From Parcubacteria group bacterium (GTDB lineage: Bacteria; Patescibacteriota; Minisyncoccia; JACPHC01), in NCBI GenBank assembly GCA_016188775.1, contig JACPHC010000004.1:12704-76703 (forward strand): 64,000 nt of DNA, given 5' to 3'. The notes beneath the pieces are model-generated. The model saw only the letters and a list, made by a program, of their open reading frames with translations, was not told the DNA's origin and ran no database searches. Below, one piece after another: positions 1 to 8,794 of this stretch (its first letter is position 1; each line of letters opens with the position of its first letter). Position numbers and translations under genes: made by a program.

Positions 1-170
1 AATTTTAGACTGACATAGATTATAGGTTTGATATAATCAAAATAAGAAGCGGGATAACTCGTAAATTATGGGTTCTCCGTGTGTCGCAAAAAGATCTTCT
101 TGCAAAAGAGGGTCTTTTTGTTTCGGATAGAATTTTTAATTTTCTTGCGCCTCGCGGGCAATAATCAAAA

Positions 171-758
171 TTACTTCTCTCCTTGCATCGTGAATGACCC
201 GCCCTGGTAAAACGCTGTCCAGACCCATTTTTTCGCTTCTTTGGCGTAGTAGAACTTAAATTCGGAAAGGAGGCTAGGCGCCCCTCCTGCTGATTGATAC
301 AGACCGGCCGCGACCGCGTCGCTGTTGATTAAAACGCCTTTAAAAACTTGAGCAAAAGTGTCTTTTTTCTCGCTAGCGTCCCTGATTTCCCCGTTTTTGA
401 CCAAAACCGCGTAGCTCTTTTTAGCGGACGGCGAATAGAAAACCACGTTCCAGCCCGAAGCCCGGCCGTCTTTGGCGATTTCTCTGGAATCAAGAGTGAT
501 TAAAGCCAAAGTCGCGTCTTTTTGCCAAATAATGGCCGCGGGCAAAGCCAGTCGAAAGGCTTCGTCTGCCAAAAGATTGGAAACGACAGCCGGGCCGCCG
601 GGAATAATAATCCCCTGTCCGCCGCCGATTTGGGCCTGTTTTTGAACTTGGGCTTTGCCGATAAAAAACGCGGCCACTCCGGCGATCAAGGCGACGATGA
701 CTAAACTGATAAGAAAAGTTTGCTCGGAATATTTTTTTTCTTCTATTTTTTCTTCCAT
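171..758 (-). CDS. hypothetical membrane-anchored protein (single N-terminal TM helix)
   Basis: 195-aa ORF with a hydrophobic N-terminal segment (LISLVIVALIAGVAAFFI). No recognisable catalytic motif. Confidence 0.5.
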   Translation of the reverse strand: MEEKIEEKKYSEQTFLISLVIVALIAGVAAFFIGKAQVQKQAQIGGGQGIIIPGGPAVVSNLLADEAFRLALPAAIIWQKDATLALITLDSREIAKDGRASGWNVVFYSPSAKKSYAVLVKNGEIRDASEKKDTFAQVFKGVLINSDAVAAGLYQSAGGAPSLLSEFKFYYAKEAKKWVWTAFYQGGSFTMQGEK

Positions 759-925
759 AAATTGAACTAGAATCTAGAAGCTAGTAACTAGAATCTAGAA
801 GCCAGTAAAATAAATATAAATAAATTATTAATTGTTAAGAAAATTGTTAAGAATTTTCATTACTTTAGATAATAAGTTTTCGACCTTTTTTATTATAGCA
901 ATTAAATTCTGCCATGCGCTTATTT

Positions 926-1002
926 TGTCATTGCGAGCCGAAGGCGAAGCAATCTCAATCGTTTAGAGATTGCTTCGGCGATTTCATCGCCTCGCAATGA
1001 CA
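926..1002. repeat. MITE-like foldback repeat, copy 1 (termini TGTCATTGCGAG / CTCGCAATGACA, inner GAAGCAATCTC / GAGATTGCTTC)
   Basis: Nested inverted repeats read directly. Same element recurs at 14680-14758, 22058-22142, 38011-38099 and 48288-48379. Confidence 0.8.
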
Positions 1003-1020
1003 TCGGATTTTTTTCTATCC

Positions 1021-4000
1021 TTACGGCGTGTAGCTGTAAGTCAATATGATTTTAGCGTTAAGAAGATAGACTGTTGAACCAGTGGCCGTGGGAGAGACGT
1101 GAAGCGTGTATTCTTTGGTGGTGTTGGAAACGCCATTTAAGTCAGTCACGGTTTCGCAAGCGTTGCAGGCTTGAGGAGAAGCGGTGAAAACACTGGTGGC
1201 GTCGTAGAGCAGTTTGAAAGGCAGAGCCGAGGCTGGAGAAGAGAAAGTGAACTGGGCTCCCGGATAAGCTCCATAGCCGGTCGCGCCAAGATTGCCTCTT
1301 TTTAATTTAAGATCCATAGTCTGATTGGTTCCGCCTTGGGTGGTGCCGTTGATTTCAATGGCCGCGGATTTAATTTGAATATTATTTTCCGGAATGCGAA
1401 TTCGGAATTTTTTGGTAATGGCCGGAGTGGCAATGGGAGTGGCAATGGGAGAGGTGGGATTCTTTTCCTGGAAGATAAAGAATTCAACTGTTTTGGAAGG
1501 ACTGGTAGTTCCAGTGGTCAAGGAACAGAAAGGAGTGGCTGAAGGATTGAGGGCCGGACCGTTGTTGGCGCTGTCTTTGGCTGAAACTCTGAAAAAGTAT
1601 TGAGTGGAAGCGGTCAGATTTAAAAGATTAATGGTTTTAGTAAGACCAGCCTCGTTTTCAGGAATGGAAAGCATTGATGAAAGAGCATTGGGAGTGGTTA
1701 AAGAGGAATCAGTATCATACTCAATTTGGGCCGAGATTGGATAAGAATTAGCCAGATCAGAGGCGTTGAATGAAATGTTGGCTGTGGAAGCGGTAACTCC
1801 GCTATAAGCGGTGCCGCAACTGCCGCCATTTAAATTGACAACAGGCGGAGTGGTATCAACCATAAAATCAGCCGATGTTTCAGGATTGCCGCCAAATGAA
1901 ACCCAATTGGAAAGAGTGTTATTGGTCCCGCCGACAGTATCGGACCTGACTCGGGCTTGCCAGTGATAGGAGGTGCCGGAGACAAGACCGGAAACCGTCA
2001 CTTGGCCGGTGGCTGTTCCGGTTGTCCAGAGAACTCCGGTTCCTTCAACAATACCTGTTCCGTCAAAAGCTTGAGCAATGGGTTTAACTTCCACTTGAGG
2101 ATAATAGGTTTGATTGGTTTTGCCTCCGGCCATAGACATTTTGAAAATAACCGAGGATTCATTAGTGGACCCAGCAGTGGTAATGGCGGTGGAGCCGTCA
2201 GTTCGGTACTGATTAAGAGCGGTCGGGTCAATTGGTTTAGCGTCCAGAACAGTGAAAGGAGAATAACTGCCTGAACCAACTGAATTAGAAGCCACGACTG
2301 TCCAATTGCCTAAAAGTTTGTCAGTCAAATCAAAACCGCAGCCGGTCATTGAAGTGGAGCTGGCAAAAGCGCAAGCCGGGGAACTTAAAATATCGGTTTG
2401 ACTGGTCGTAGCCAATTTAACCAAAGTGTCAGCGGTGAAATTAGCGCCAGTGATAGAGACGCTGGAGATTGTTCCGTTATCAAAACCGGAAGAAGGAGAA
2501 ACGGAAGTGACAACCGGGGCAGTGGCTCGGACTTCAAAGCCGGTAGTTGAACCGTCTCCGAATTCTCCGATTTGGGTGTCTTGATTAGTCACTCGAGCTT
2601 TATAAAAACCGAGGGAAGCCGCGTTTAAATTAAAAGTGCCGGTAATGGAAGTGTAAGCGGTATTTATAGTTACGCTCGCGCCGGGGATGGCGAGAACGCC
2701 GGAACAATTATCGGTTAAACATTTAACGTATTTTAAATCATTCGTTGCCAATACTCCATTATTCGTTTCTTTATAAGCAATTTTTGCCAATCCGTCCGTG
2801 GAATCTAAAACTAAAGAAGCGAAACTGCCGGTAAAAGCATCAGTATCGCATCCTGAAAGAGTACAACCCGTATCGCCATCAAGAGTTTTTACAACTCCCG
2901 CGGAACAATTGGCGTCATTGCATCGAGCAAATCTCAATGATGATTCAGTCGAATATTTATAATAAGCAATCGCGGGATATTGATTTGAATCTAAAATCAA
3001 AGAAGGAGTATCATTAGGGCTTAAAATAGCCGTGCTTGTAGTGCAGCCGGATAAAACGCATCCGGCAATACCGTCAAGATTTACAACCGTTGCTCCGGTG
3101 CAGGCTGTGTTTGGACAACGAATATATCTAAGAGGATTGATTGAAACAATTCTGGCAAGATTATCAGAACCTAAAGCCATTGATGAATTATTTGATGAAC
3201 TGATGTCCGTAGAAACTCCGACCGCGCAATTGGCGTCAGAGCAACTGATAAATCTATTATCGAAAACAACTCTTCCAAAATCGTCTGCCGGATTTAAGGC
3301 AAGCGATATAGAATTAGCATTATAGCCAGCTCCGCAGCCGGTTAACGCGCAGCCTGTTCCGCTAATTGGCGTAATAATTCCTGAAGCGCAATTAATATCG
3401 GCGCATTTGGCATACTTAACCTGAGAAGTGGCGGGGTCTCCGTAAACAATCCTGGGAAATCCATCAGATCCAACGGCTATGGATGTAAACCGCCCCGAAT
3501 CTCCAGTGGCGCAATTAGTTAAAACACATCCGGTGTTGCCGTCAAGAAGATTCATTACGCCGGTTGAGCAATCTAAATCAGCGCAGCGAATAAATTTAAG
3601 ATCTAAATTTGAATCTTGATAAGCAATTCTGGCAAAACCGTCGGCGGAACCTATGGCAATCGAAGGATAACTGCCCGCCGCTGTTAACGTGCTGCATCCC
3701 GTAATTTTACAATTGGATCCGCCGTCAAGAGTCCTAATAATTCCGGCGCTGCAATTACTATTAGCGCAGCGAATATATTTAAGAAAACCAGCGCCACTAG
3801 CGGGACTATCGTTTTGATAAACTATTCTTGAAAATCCGTCTTGGCCTAAAATATTTTTAATATAGCTCCCCTGATTATTAGCAGTAAAGATTTCAACTGC
3901 GTTCCTAACAACGCTAACGCAATCTATGTCAACGCAACGAATATAATTCAAGTGTGGCGAAGATCCTATTGGATTAACTACAAACACAACTCTTAAAAAA

Positions 4001-6711
4001 TTACCAGAACCAAACGCAAGCTCCGCAACGCTCATAGGATTAGAGGCGTAAGTTAGAACGCCGCCAGAAATATTACCGGTAAATACTCCGGCGGAGCAAT
4101 CTTCGGCTGAACAATGAAAATATTTTAAAGGAAAAGGAGAAGCGTTGGCTAGACGATAAACAATTCTGGCAAAACCGTCGTCGGAACCTTTAATGCCGCG
4201 TATATTGGTTATGCTTAAAGCGCCGGTGTCGCATCCCGTTATAACGCAAGAAGGTCCATCAACCACTGTTATAGCGCCAGTCGAGCAATTTAAATCCGAA
4301 CATTTAGCGTATCTAAGATTAGAATTGGTAGAATCCAGATAGCTTATTCGGGCAAACCCATCATTGGCAATAAAAATAGAATTATATACTCCCGGGTCGC
4401 TCGTTGTACTGCAGCCGATTAAACCGCAGCCAGTCTCGCCGTCTATTTTTTGAACAAGACCGCTAGCGCAATCTAGATGAGTGCAGTTGATATATCTCAA
4501 TCCTGTTTCTCCTCCTCCCGTTGTAAAAATAATTTTTCCAAAATCATTTGAAGCAAGAGCAAATGACGGATTTCCCGCGCCATTCCCGGTGGAAACACTG
4601 CAGTCAGTTAACACGCACCCCGACCCCGCGACACTTGTTATAACGCCTGAAGAGCAACCAATATCAAAACAACGACTAAAATTAATGCTGCTAGAGCCAG
4701 TCCTTCTATTATGAACAATTCTGGCAAAACCGTCGGAACCTTTAATTATAGAGGTGAAACTTGTGCCATTTGCGCCATTTGTTGCGCAATTGGTTAAGAC
4801 GCAACCCGTAACGCCATCAAGAATGGCAACTGTGCCGGTTGAGCAATCTAAATCAGCGCAATGAGCATATTTTAAAATTCCAGATGTATAGGATGTATAA
4901 CTAATCATTGCAAATCCATTATTATCAAGAGTTATGGAATTGTAATGGCCTGTATTTTCAGCGGTATTGCAGCCGGTTAAAACGCAACCCGTTCCGCCAT
5001 CTAAAAGAGCGGCGGTATAGTCAGTGCAGTCTATATTTTTACATCTGACATATTTAAGATCGCCATTGGTGTCATCTCTATAACTTATTCGGGCAAATCC
5101 ATCAGTGGCAAATATTGTAAGCGATGGCGTCGCTAATATTTTACCGCTACCACTATTTTCACAGTCAGTTAATAAACAGCCGGTATTTCCATCTAAAAGA
5201 TTAACCGTACCTTCGGCGATCGTCTTCCTCAACTCCATCTTGGGCTTATTATTAACCATATCATCCGTGTCAATTCCGGCGCCGTTAAAAGTAATAGATT
5301 TGGCCGTTTCATTGTTAATTCCAAAAGTCGGAGCCACGCTGGTGACAGTTGGAGCGAAAATGGTAAAAGAACGGGTATTGGAAGTACCAGTGATTGGAGT
5401 GGAACGGGAAACAGAAATGGTTCCGGTGATGTTGGTTGATCCTTCCTGTCCCGGCACTCGGACGGCGATACAAGTATTAGTGTAAGCCGAGCCAGCGCAT
5501 TTGGTTGAGCCGGTAATTTGGGTGGCGGCTGAAGCGTTAATGGTAATAGCCCCAGCGGTTCCAAAATGATCTCCATTTAAAGCAATGACTTTGCCGATTT
5601 GATCATCCGGAGTCGTGTCTATTTGACCCGGACCTTCGATTGTTCCGGCATCATCAGCAATAGAGCAAAGACGGGGCAGAATCGTGAAAGCGAAATTAGA
5701 TGATTGGCCGGAAACAGTGACTGTGATGTTTCCGGAAATTCCGGCGTCAGAGGGAATCGCGGTGGTTATAGCCGCGTCAGTCCAATTAGTGGTTGGAGAA
5801 ACAACGATATTAGCGGAGCCATTGATGGTTAAAGTTGAAGCGTCTTGAGTGGCGCCGAAACCAGCGCCGTTGATTGAGATAGTGTCTGATTGTCTGGCTG
5901 AAGCAATACCGCTAGCAATGGATGAACCAGTCGGACAAGTAGTTTCGGCTCCAGCCTCGGTCAAGTCAACTGTTGTAATAGCCGGTCCGACGGAAAAATC
6001 CGGCGTTGTCATTTTCGTCCGGTCAGCGTCAGCCAGTTCCGAGCCTTCAACAATAAAATTGAGAGTTCGGCCGGAACTTACAACAGTGTTATGATCCCAA
6101 ACTTCAAGATAAAGATATTCGTTGGCTAAAGTAAAAGGGCCGACGGAAGAAGAGGCGGTGTTGATGGTGGAGGCGCCTCCGGTCCACCAATCAACGGCGG
6201 TCGGATCATGAGAGAAAAGAAGAACCGCTCCGGTTAAAGAAGTGTCCTGGGGAACTCGAAAAACCTGGAAGGCCGGATGAGAGGTGACGTTGGCTCTGTT
6301 GTCGGTTTTTCTGACATTGAAAGTCCAGGTTCCGGCGGCGAAAGTGCCGGACATTTGGGCGTTGGAAAACCAGCCGTAGGGTTGAGGCGTGGCTCCCGGA
6401 GTGCCGGTGGTAGTGCTTGTAACTCCCGGCCTGATAACGGTTTGGACAGCGGAAGCCGGAGAAGTAATAGCTGATGTGGTGTTTGAAGCTTGATCCGGAA
6501 CAGTTCCGTCTCTCATTATCCAAGTTCCGGCCATTCCGGAAACTTCCTGATGAAGATAAAAAGTTTTGACAGCGGCGTTAGCTGAATTTTTCTCAACGCT
6601 CACCTGCGGCGGGTTTTTGGATAAATCCAAAAAGACATCATAGGGAACCGCTGTCCCTAAAATGGATAAAGATAAAATTACGACCAGAGATAGTTTTTTA
6701 AAATAGTTCAT
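1021..6711 (-). CDS. giant secreted surface protein (1896 aa) with about 14 Cys-rich ~60-aa repeats, FN3-like and IPT/TIG-like domains
   Basis: N-terminal signal-like peptide MNYFKKLSLVVILSLSILGTA. Repeats of pattern LDGxTGCVLTxC...DGFARIxY...LKYxxCxDxDCSxG. FN3-like stretches (TSYHWQARVRS, TQYFFRVSAKDS). IPT/TIG-like (PVVTSVSPSSGFDNGTISSVSITGANF). Confidence 0.8.
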   Translation of the reverse strand: MNYFKKLSLVVILSLSILGTAVPYDVFLDLSKNPPQVSVEKNSANAAVKTFYLHQEVSGMAGTWIMRDGTVPDQASNTTSAITSPASAVQTVIRPGVTSTTTGTPGATPQPYGWFSNAQMSGTFAAGTWTFNVRKTDNRANVTSHPAFQVFRVPQDTSLTGAVLLFSHDPTAVDWWTGGASTINTASSSVGPFTLANEYLYLEVWDHNTVVSSGRTLNFIVEGSELADADRTKMTTPDFSVGPAITTVDLTEAGAETTCPTGSSIASGIASARQSDTISINGAGFGATQDASTLTINGSANIVVSPTTNWTDAAITTAIPSDAGISGNITVTVSGQSSNFAFTILPRLCSIADDAGTIEGPGQIDTTPDDQIGKVIALNGDHFGTAGAITINASAATQITGSTKCAGSAYTNTCIAVRVPGQEGSTNITGTISVSRSTPITGTSNTRSFTIFAPTVTSVAPTFGINNETAKSITFNGAGIDTDDMVNNKPKMELRKTIAEGTVNLLDGNTGCLLTDCENSGSGKILATPSLTIFATDGFARISYRDDTNGDLKYVRCKNIDCTDYTAALLDGGTGCVLTGCNTAENTGHYNSITLDNNGFAMISYTSYTSGILKYAHCADLDCSTGTVAILDGVTGCVLTNCATNGANGTSFTSIIKGSDGFARIVHNRRTGSSSINFSRCFDIGCSSGVITSVAGSGCVLTDCSVSTGNGAGNPSFALASNDFGKIIFTTGGGETGLRYINCTHLDCASGLVQKIDGETGCGLIGCSTTSDPGVYNSIFIANDGFARISYLDSTNSNLRYAKCSDLNCSTGAITVVDGPSCVITGCDTGALSITNIRGIKGSDDGFARIVYRLANASPFPLKYFHCSAEDCSAGVFTGNISGGVLTYASNPMSVAELAFGSGNFLRVVFVVNPIGSSPHLNYIRCVDIDCVSVVRNAVEIFTANNQGSYIKNILGQDGFSRIVYQNDSPASGAGFLKYIRCANSNCSAGIIRTLDGGSNCKITGCSTLTAAGSYPSIAIGSADGFARIAYQDSNLDLKFIRCADLDCSTGVMNLLDGNTGCVLTNCATGDSGRFTSIAVGSDGFPRIVYGDPATSQVKYAKCADINCASGIITPISGTGCALTGCGAGYNANSISLALNPADDFGRVVFDNRFISCSDANCAVGVSTDISSSNNSSMALGSDNLARIVSINPLRYIRCPNTACTGATVVNLDGIAGCVLSGCTTSTAILSPNDTPSLILDSNQYPAIAYYKYSTESSLRFARCNDANCSAGVVKTLDGDTGCTLSGCDTDAFTGSFASLVLDSTDGLAKIAYKETNNGVLATNDLKYVKCLTDNCSGVLAIPGASVTINTAYTSITGTFNLNAASLGFYKARVTNQDTQIGEFGDGSTTGFEVRATAPVVTSVSPSSGFDNGTISSVSITGANFTADTLVKLATTSQTDILSSPACAFASSTSMTGCGFDLTDKLLGNWTVVASNSVGSGSYSPFTVLDAKPIDPTALNQYRTDGSTAITTAGSTNESSVIFKMSMAGGKTNQTYYPQVEVKPIAQAFDGTGIVEGTGVLWTTGTATGQVTVSGLVSGTSYHWQARVRSDTVGGTNNTLSNWVSFGGNPETSADFMVDTTPPVVNLNGGSCGTAYSGVTASTANISFNASDLANSYPISAQIEYDTDSSLTTPNALSSMLSIPENEAGLTKTINLLNLTASTQYFFRVSAKDSANNGPALNPSATPFCSLTTGTTSPSKTVEFFIFQEKNPTSPIATPIATPAITKKFRIRIPENNIQIKSAAIEINGTTQGGTNQTMDLKLKRGNLGATGYGAYPGAQFTFSSPASALPFKLLYDATSVFTASPQACNACETVTDLNGVSNTTKEYTLHVSPTATGSTVYLLNAKIILTYSYTP

Positions 6712-6807
6712 ATTTTCTAAATTTAGATTTAAAATTTAAGAATCAATCGACCTCATTCTTAAATCATAAATCTTTTTAATTAATAATTATTTTTTCGACT
6801 TTTTTTA

Positions 6808-6841
6808 CCCGCCAAAATTTTTTTATAAAAATTTTGGCGGG
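6808..6841. promoter_or_regulatory. palindromic hairpin/operator-like site CCCGCCAAAATTTTT-TTAT-AAAAATTTTGGCGGG
   Basis: Perfect 15-bp arms. A near-identical site is at 15882-15913 and a half-site at 16021-16034. Confidence 0.4.
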
Positions 6842-6845
6842 TGAA

Positions 6846-6998
6846 TTATTTTATTTCAACGCCTAATTTTTCTTTAATGACTTTAATAACCGCTTCCAGT
6901 CTCTGATCTAAACGGCGATAAGCTTCTGAAGACATAATTAATTCTTGACGAATTTCCAAAGTCATTTTTGGTTTTTTGTTTTTTTCTGTTTTTTTCAT
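6846..6998 (-). CDS. small hypothetical protein (50 aa, MKKTEKNKKPKMTLEIRQELIMSSEAYRRLDQRLEAVIKVIKEKLGVEIK)
   Basis: Short ORF not in the supplied track (below 60 aa). It fills the gap between the coiled-coil genes and the giant gene on the same strand. Unsupported beyond ORF presence. Confidence 0.25.
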   Translation of the reverse strand: MKKTEKNKKPKMTLEIRQELIMSSEAYRRLDQRLEAVIKVIKEKLGVEIK

Positions 6999-7019
6999 TA
7001 TGAGATTGAATATCGAAAA

Positions 7020-7418
7020 TTATTTTATTTTTTTCTCAAGTTGAGCGACTCGGGTTTCTAAAATAGGAAGGCGGCTTAAATCTGACTTTTGAATATGTTC
7101 CAATTCTTTGTCTATTTTTGAAAGATATTCGAAAATAACTTTAAAATCTTTTCCATTTTGCTCTTCGTGTAAAATTAATTTAGTTTTTAAATCTTCGATT
7201 TTATCGCTCAATACCTTTTGCCCCATTGTCAAAAATCTTAATTCTTCTCTTGTTTCGCGCCTAAATTCTTCCGTTTCTTTTTTAATAACTTCTTGCCCTT
7301 CTTTGATTTGCTGAAATTTTGAATCAATATCTTCCAAAACAATTCCAAAATAACGATCTTTTGAAGACGAATCTTTGCTGATTTTTTTAGTTTTACTTTT
7401 ATTTTTTTCTTTCATCAT
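7020..7418 (-). CDS. coiled-coil protein (132 aa), paralog of the upstream gene
   Basis: Charged heptad-rich sequence. Its C-terminus (RVAQLEKKIK) resembles that of 7415-7753 (RIELLEKKAGIK). Overlaps the upstream gene by 4 bp (ATGA). Confidence 0.55.
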   Translation of the reverse strand: MMKEKNKSKTKKISKDSSSKDRYFGIVLEDIDSKFQQIKEGQEVIKKETEEFRRETREELRFLTMGQKVLSDKIEDLKTKLILHEEQNGKDFKVIFEYLSKIDKELEHIQKSDLSRLPILETRVAQLEKKIK

Positions 7419-7753
7419 TTAACATTTTTAATGCCGGCTTTTTTCTCCAACAGTTCTATTCTCGCCAGCGCGTCTTCAAATTCATCGCGATAGACAAAAT
7501 GTTTCCTAATTTCAGCGACATCGCGTTCTATAACGCCGAGCCTTGAATCTATATTCACAACTCTGTCTTCCAAACGATCAAATCGCCTGTCAACTTGTTC
7601 AAAGCGCTTATCAACTTGTTCAAAACGTTCATCAATCCGCTGAAAACGTTTATCAACGCTTTCAAATCCTTTGGCGACAATACGAGCAAGATTTTCTATC
7701 TCGCTTTGAACTATTCCTTTTATTTGCGATAAATCTTTTTTAGTTAAAGGCAT
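7415..7753 (-). CDS. coiled-coil protein (112 aa) with tandem DKRFEQV / DRRFDRL repeats
   Basis: Repeats RFQRIDERFEQVDKRFEQVDRRFDRLEDR read in the translation. Confidence 0.55.
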   Translation of the reverse strand: MPLTKKDLSQIKGIVQSEIENLARIVAKGFESVDKRFQRIDERFEQVDKRFEQVDRRFDRLEDRVVNIDSRLGVIERDVAEIRKHFVYRDEFEDALARIELLEKKAGIKNVK

Positions 7754-7776
7754 AAATTATTGGTTATGTTTAAATT

Positions 7777-8424
7777 CTATTGTAATTTAATCAGGCCGAC
7801 AGTTCCGGTGTTAATATTGGTCGCTGAATTATAAGTAGTCCAACCGGCGCAGGCGGAAGCGTCGCTTTGCGTTCCCGCGCCCGCGCCGCCGGACCAATCC
7901 GATTGCCGGCAAATTCGATTGGAAAGAGAACGGGTAAGATATTCAGACCAAGAAACGGATTGAGAAGTCGCCCAAGTGACATTTAAATTAACCTGCAGGG
8001 TGGAAGAATCTAAAATATTTGAAGAACAATTTACGCTGCTGGTAAAGCTGACGATGTCGCCGGTTGACGAATCCCGACAAATGTTAAAAAACTGAACTTT
8101 ACGGGTAAAAGGAATGCCGGAAATTGTGATAATTTCTTGGCCGGTAGTAAATATAAACCGAGTCGGAGAAACTTGACGGGAAGCGTAATAATCAACGCCC
8201 TTGGAAGAATTAAAAATATCAGTCCAACTGGAAGCCATAACGGAACGGGCGATTTCTATTTCTTCCTGGCCGAGCCGAGAAGCGGTTGATTGTTCTCCGC
8301 CGGATTTTTGGCCTCGCAAAGAAACAAAAGTCAATTGGGAAACGAGAAAAATAATAACCGCCACTATCGCCACCGCCAGAATCATTTCCAGCAAAATTTG
8401 TCCGTTCTCGTTTAATCTTTTCAT
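7777..8424 (-). CDS. prepilin-type N-terminal domain protein (minor pilin / pseudopilin-like)
   Basis: N-terminus MKRLNENG|QILLEMILAVAIVAV has the G-x4-E prepilin cleavage and methylation pattern followed by a hydrophobic helix. Confidence 0.6.
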   Translation of the reverse strand: MKRLNENGQILLEMILAVAIVAVIIFLVSQLTFVSLRGQKSGGEQSTASRLGQEEIEIARSVMASSWTDIFNSSKGVDYYASRQVSPTRFIFTTGQEIITISGIPFTRKVQFFNICRDSSTGDIVSFTSSVNCSSNILDSSTLQVNLNVTWATSQSVSWSEYLTRSLSNRICRQSDWSGGAGAGTQSDASACAGWTTYNSATNINTGTVGLIKLQ

Positions 8425-8601
8425 TAGAACTTATGCAAAATATTTTTTTCGTAGCGAAAATTTAATGTTTTGAGCGAAGCGAAGCGAAAATTTCGCAGGA
8501 ATATACAAAGCATATTTCAAGAAATTTCCGCAAAGCCGCAGCCAAAACAATAAATTTGTAGTAGAAAAAGTATTTCGCATAAGGCCTGTAAATTCCAACC
8601 G

Positions 8602-8625
8602 CCTGTTTTAAGAACAGGTTTTTTT
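8602..8625 (+). terminator. putative intrinsic terminator (CCTGTT-TTAAG-AACAGG followed by T7)
   Basis: 6-bp stem plus a T-run on the plus strand, with no annotated plus-strand gene upstream. It may end an unannotated small RNA. Confidence 0.3.
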
Positions 8626-8665
8626 AAAGCTAAAAAAATTATACCATAGATTTCGCCTGTCCAGT

Positions 8666-8676
8666 TGTGGATAACT
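8666..8676. promoter_or_regulatory. TGTGGATAACT 11-mer (contains a perfect DnaA-box complement TGTGGATAA)
   Basis: Exact 11-mer also at 15711-15721 and 15868-15878. Confidence 0.4.
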
Positions 8677-8740
8677 AAATTGAGCTAATTTTAGCGTTAT
8701 TTACTAATTTCTATCTATAATTTCTATCTATTTAAAGAAT

Positions 8741-8784
8741 AAACTTACATATTTACGGACGATCGTCCGTAAATATGTAAGTTT
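8741..8784. promoter_or_regulatory. perfect 44-bp palindrome centred on CGATCG (AAACTTACATATTTACGGACGATCGTCCGTAAATATGTAAGTTT)
   Basis: Reverse-complement identity checked by eye. Shares the core TTACGGACGATCGTCCGTAA with 40198-40243. Confidence 0.7.
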
Positions 8785-8794
8785 AATAAATTTT

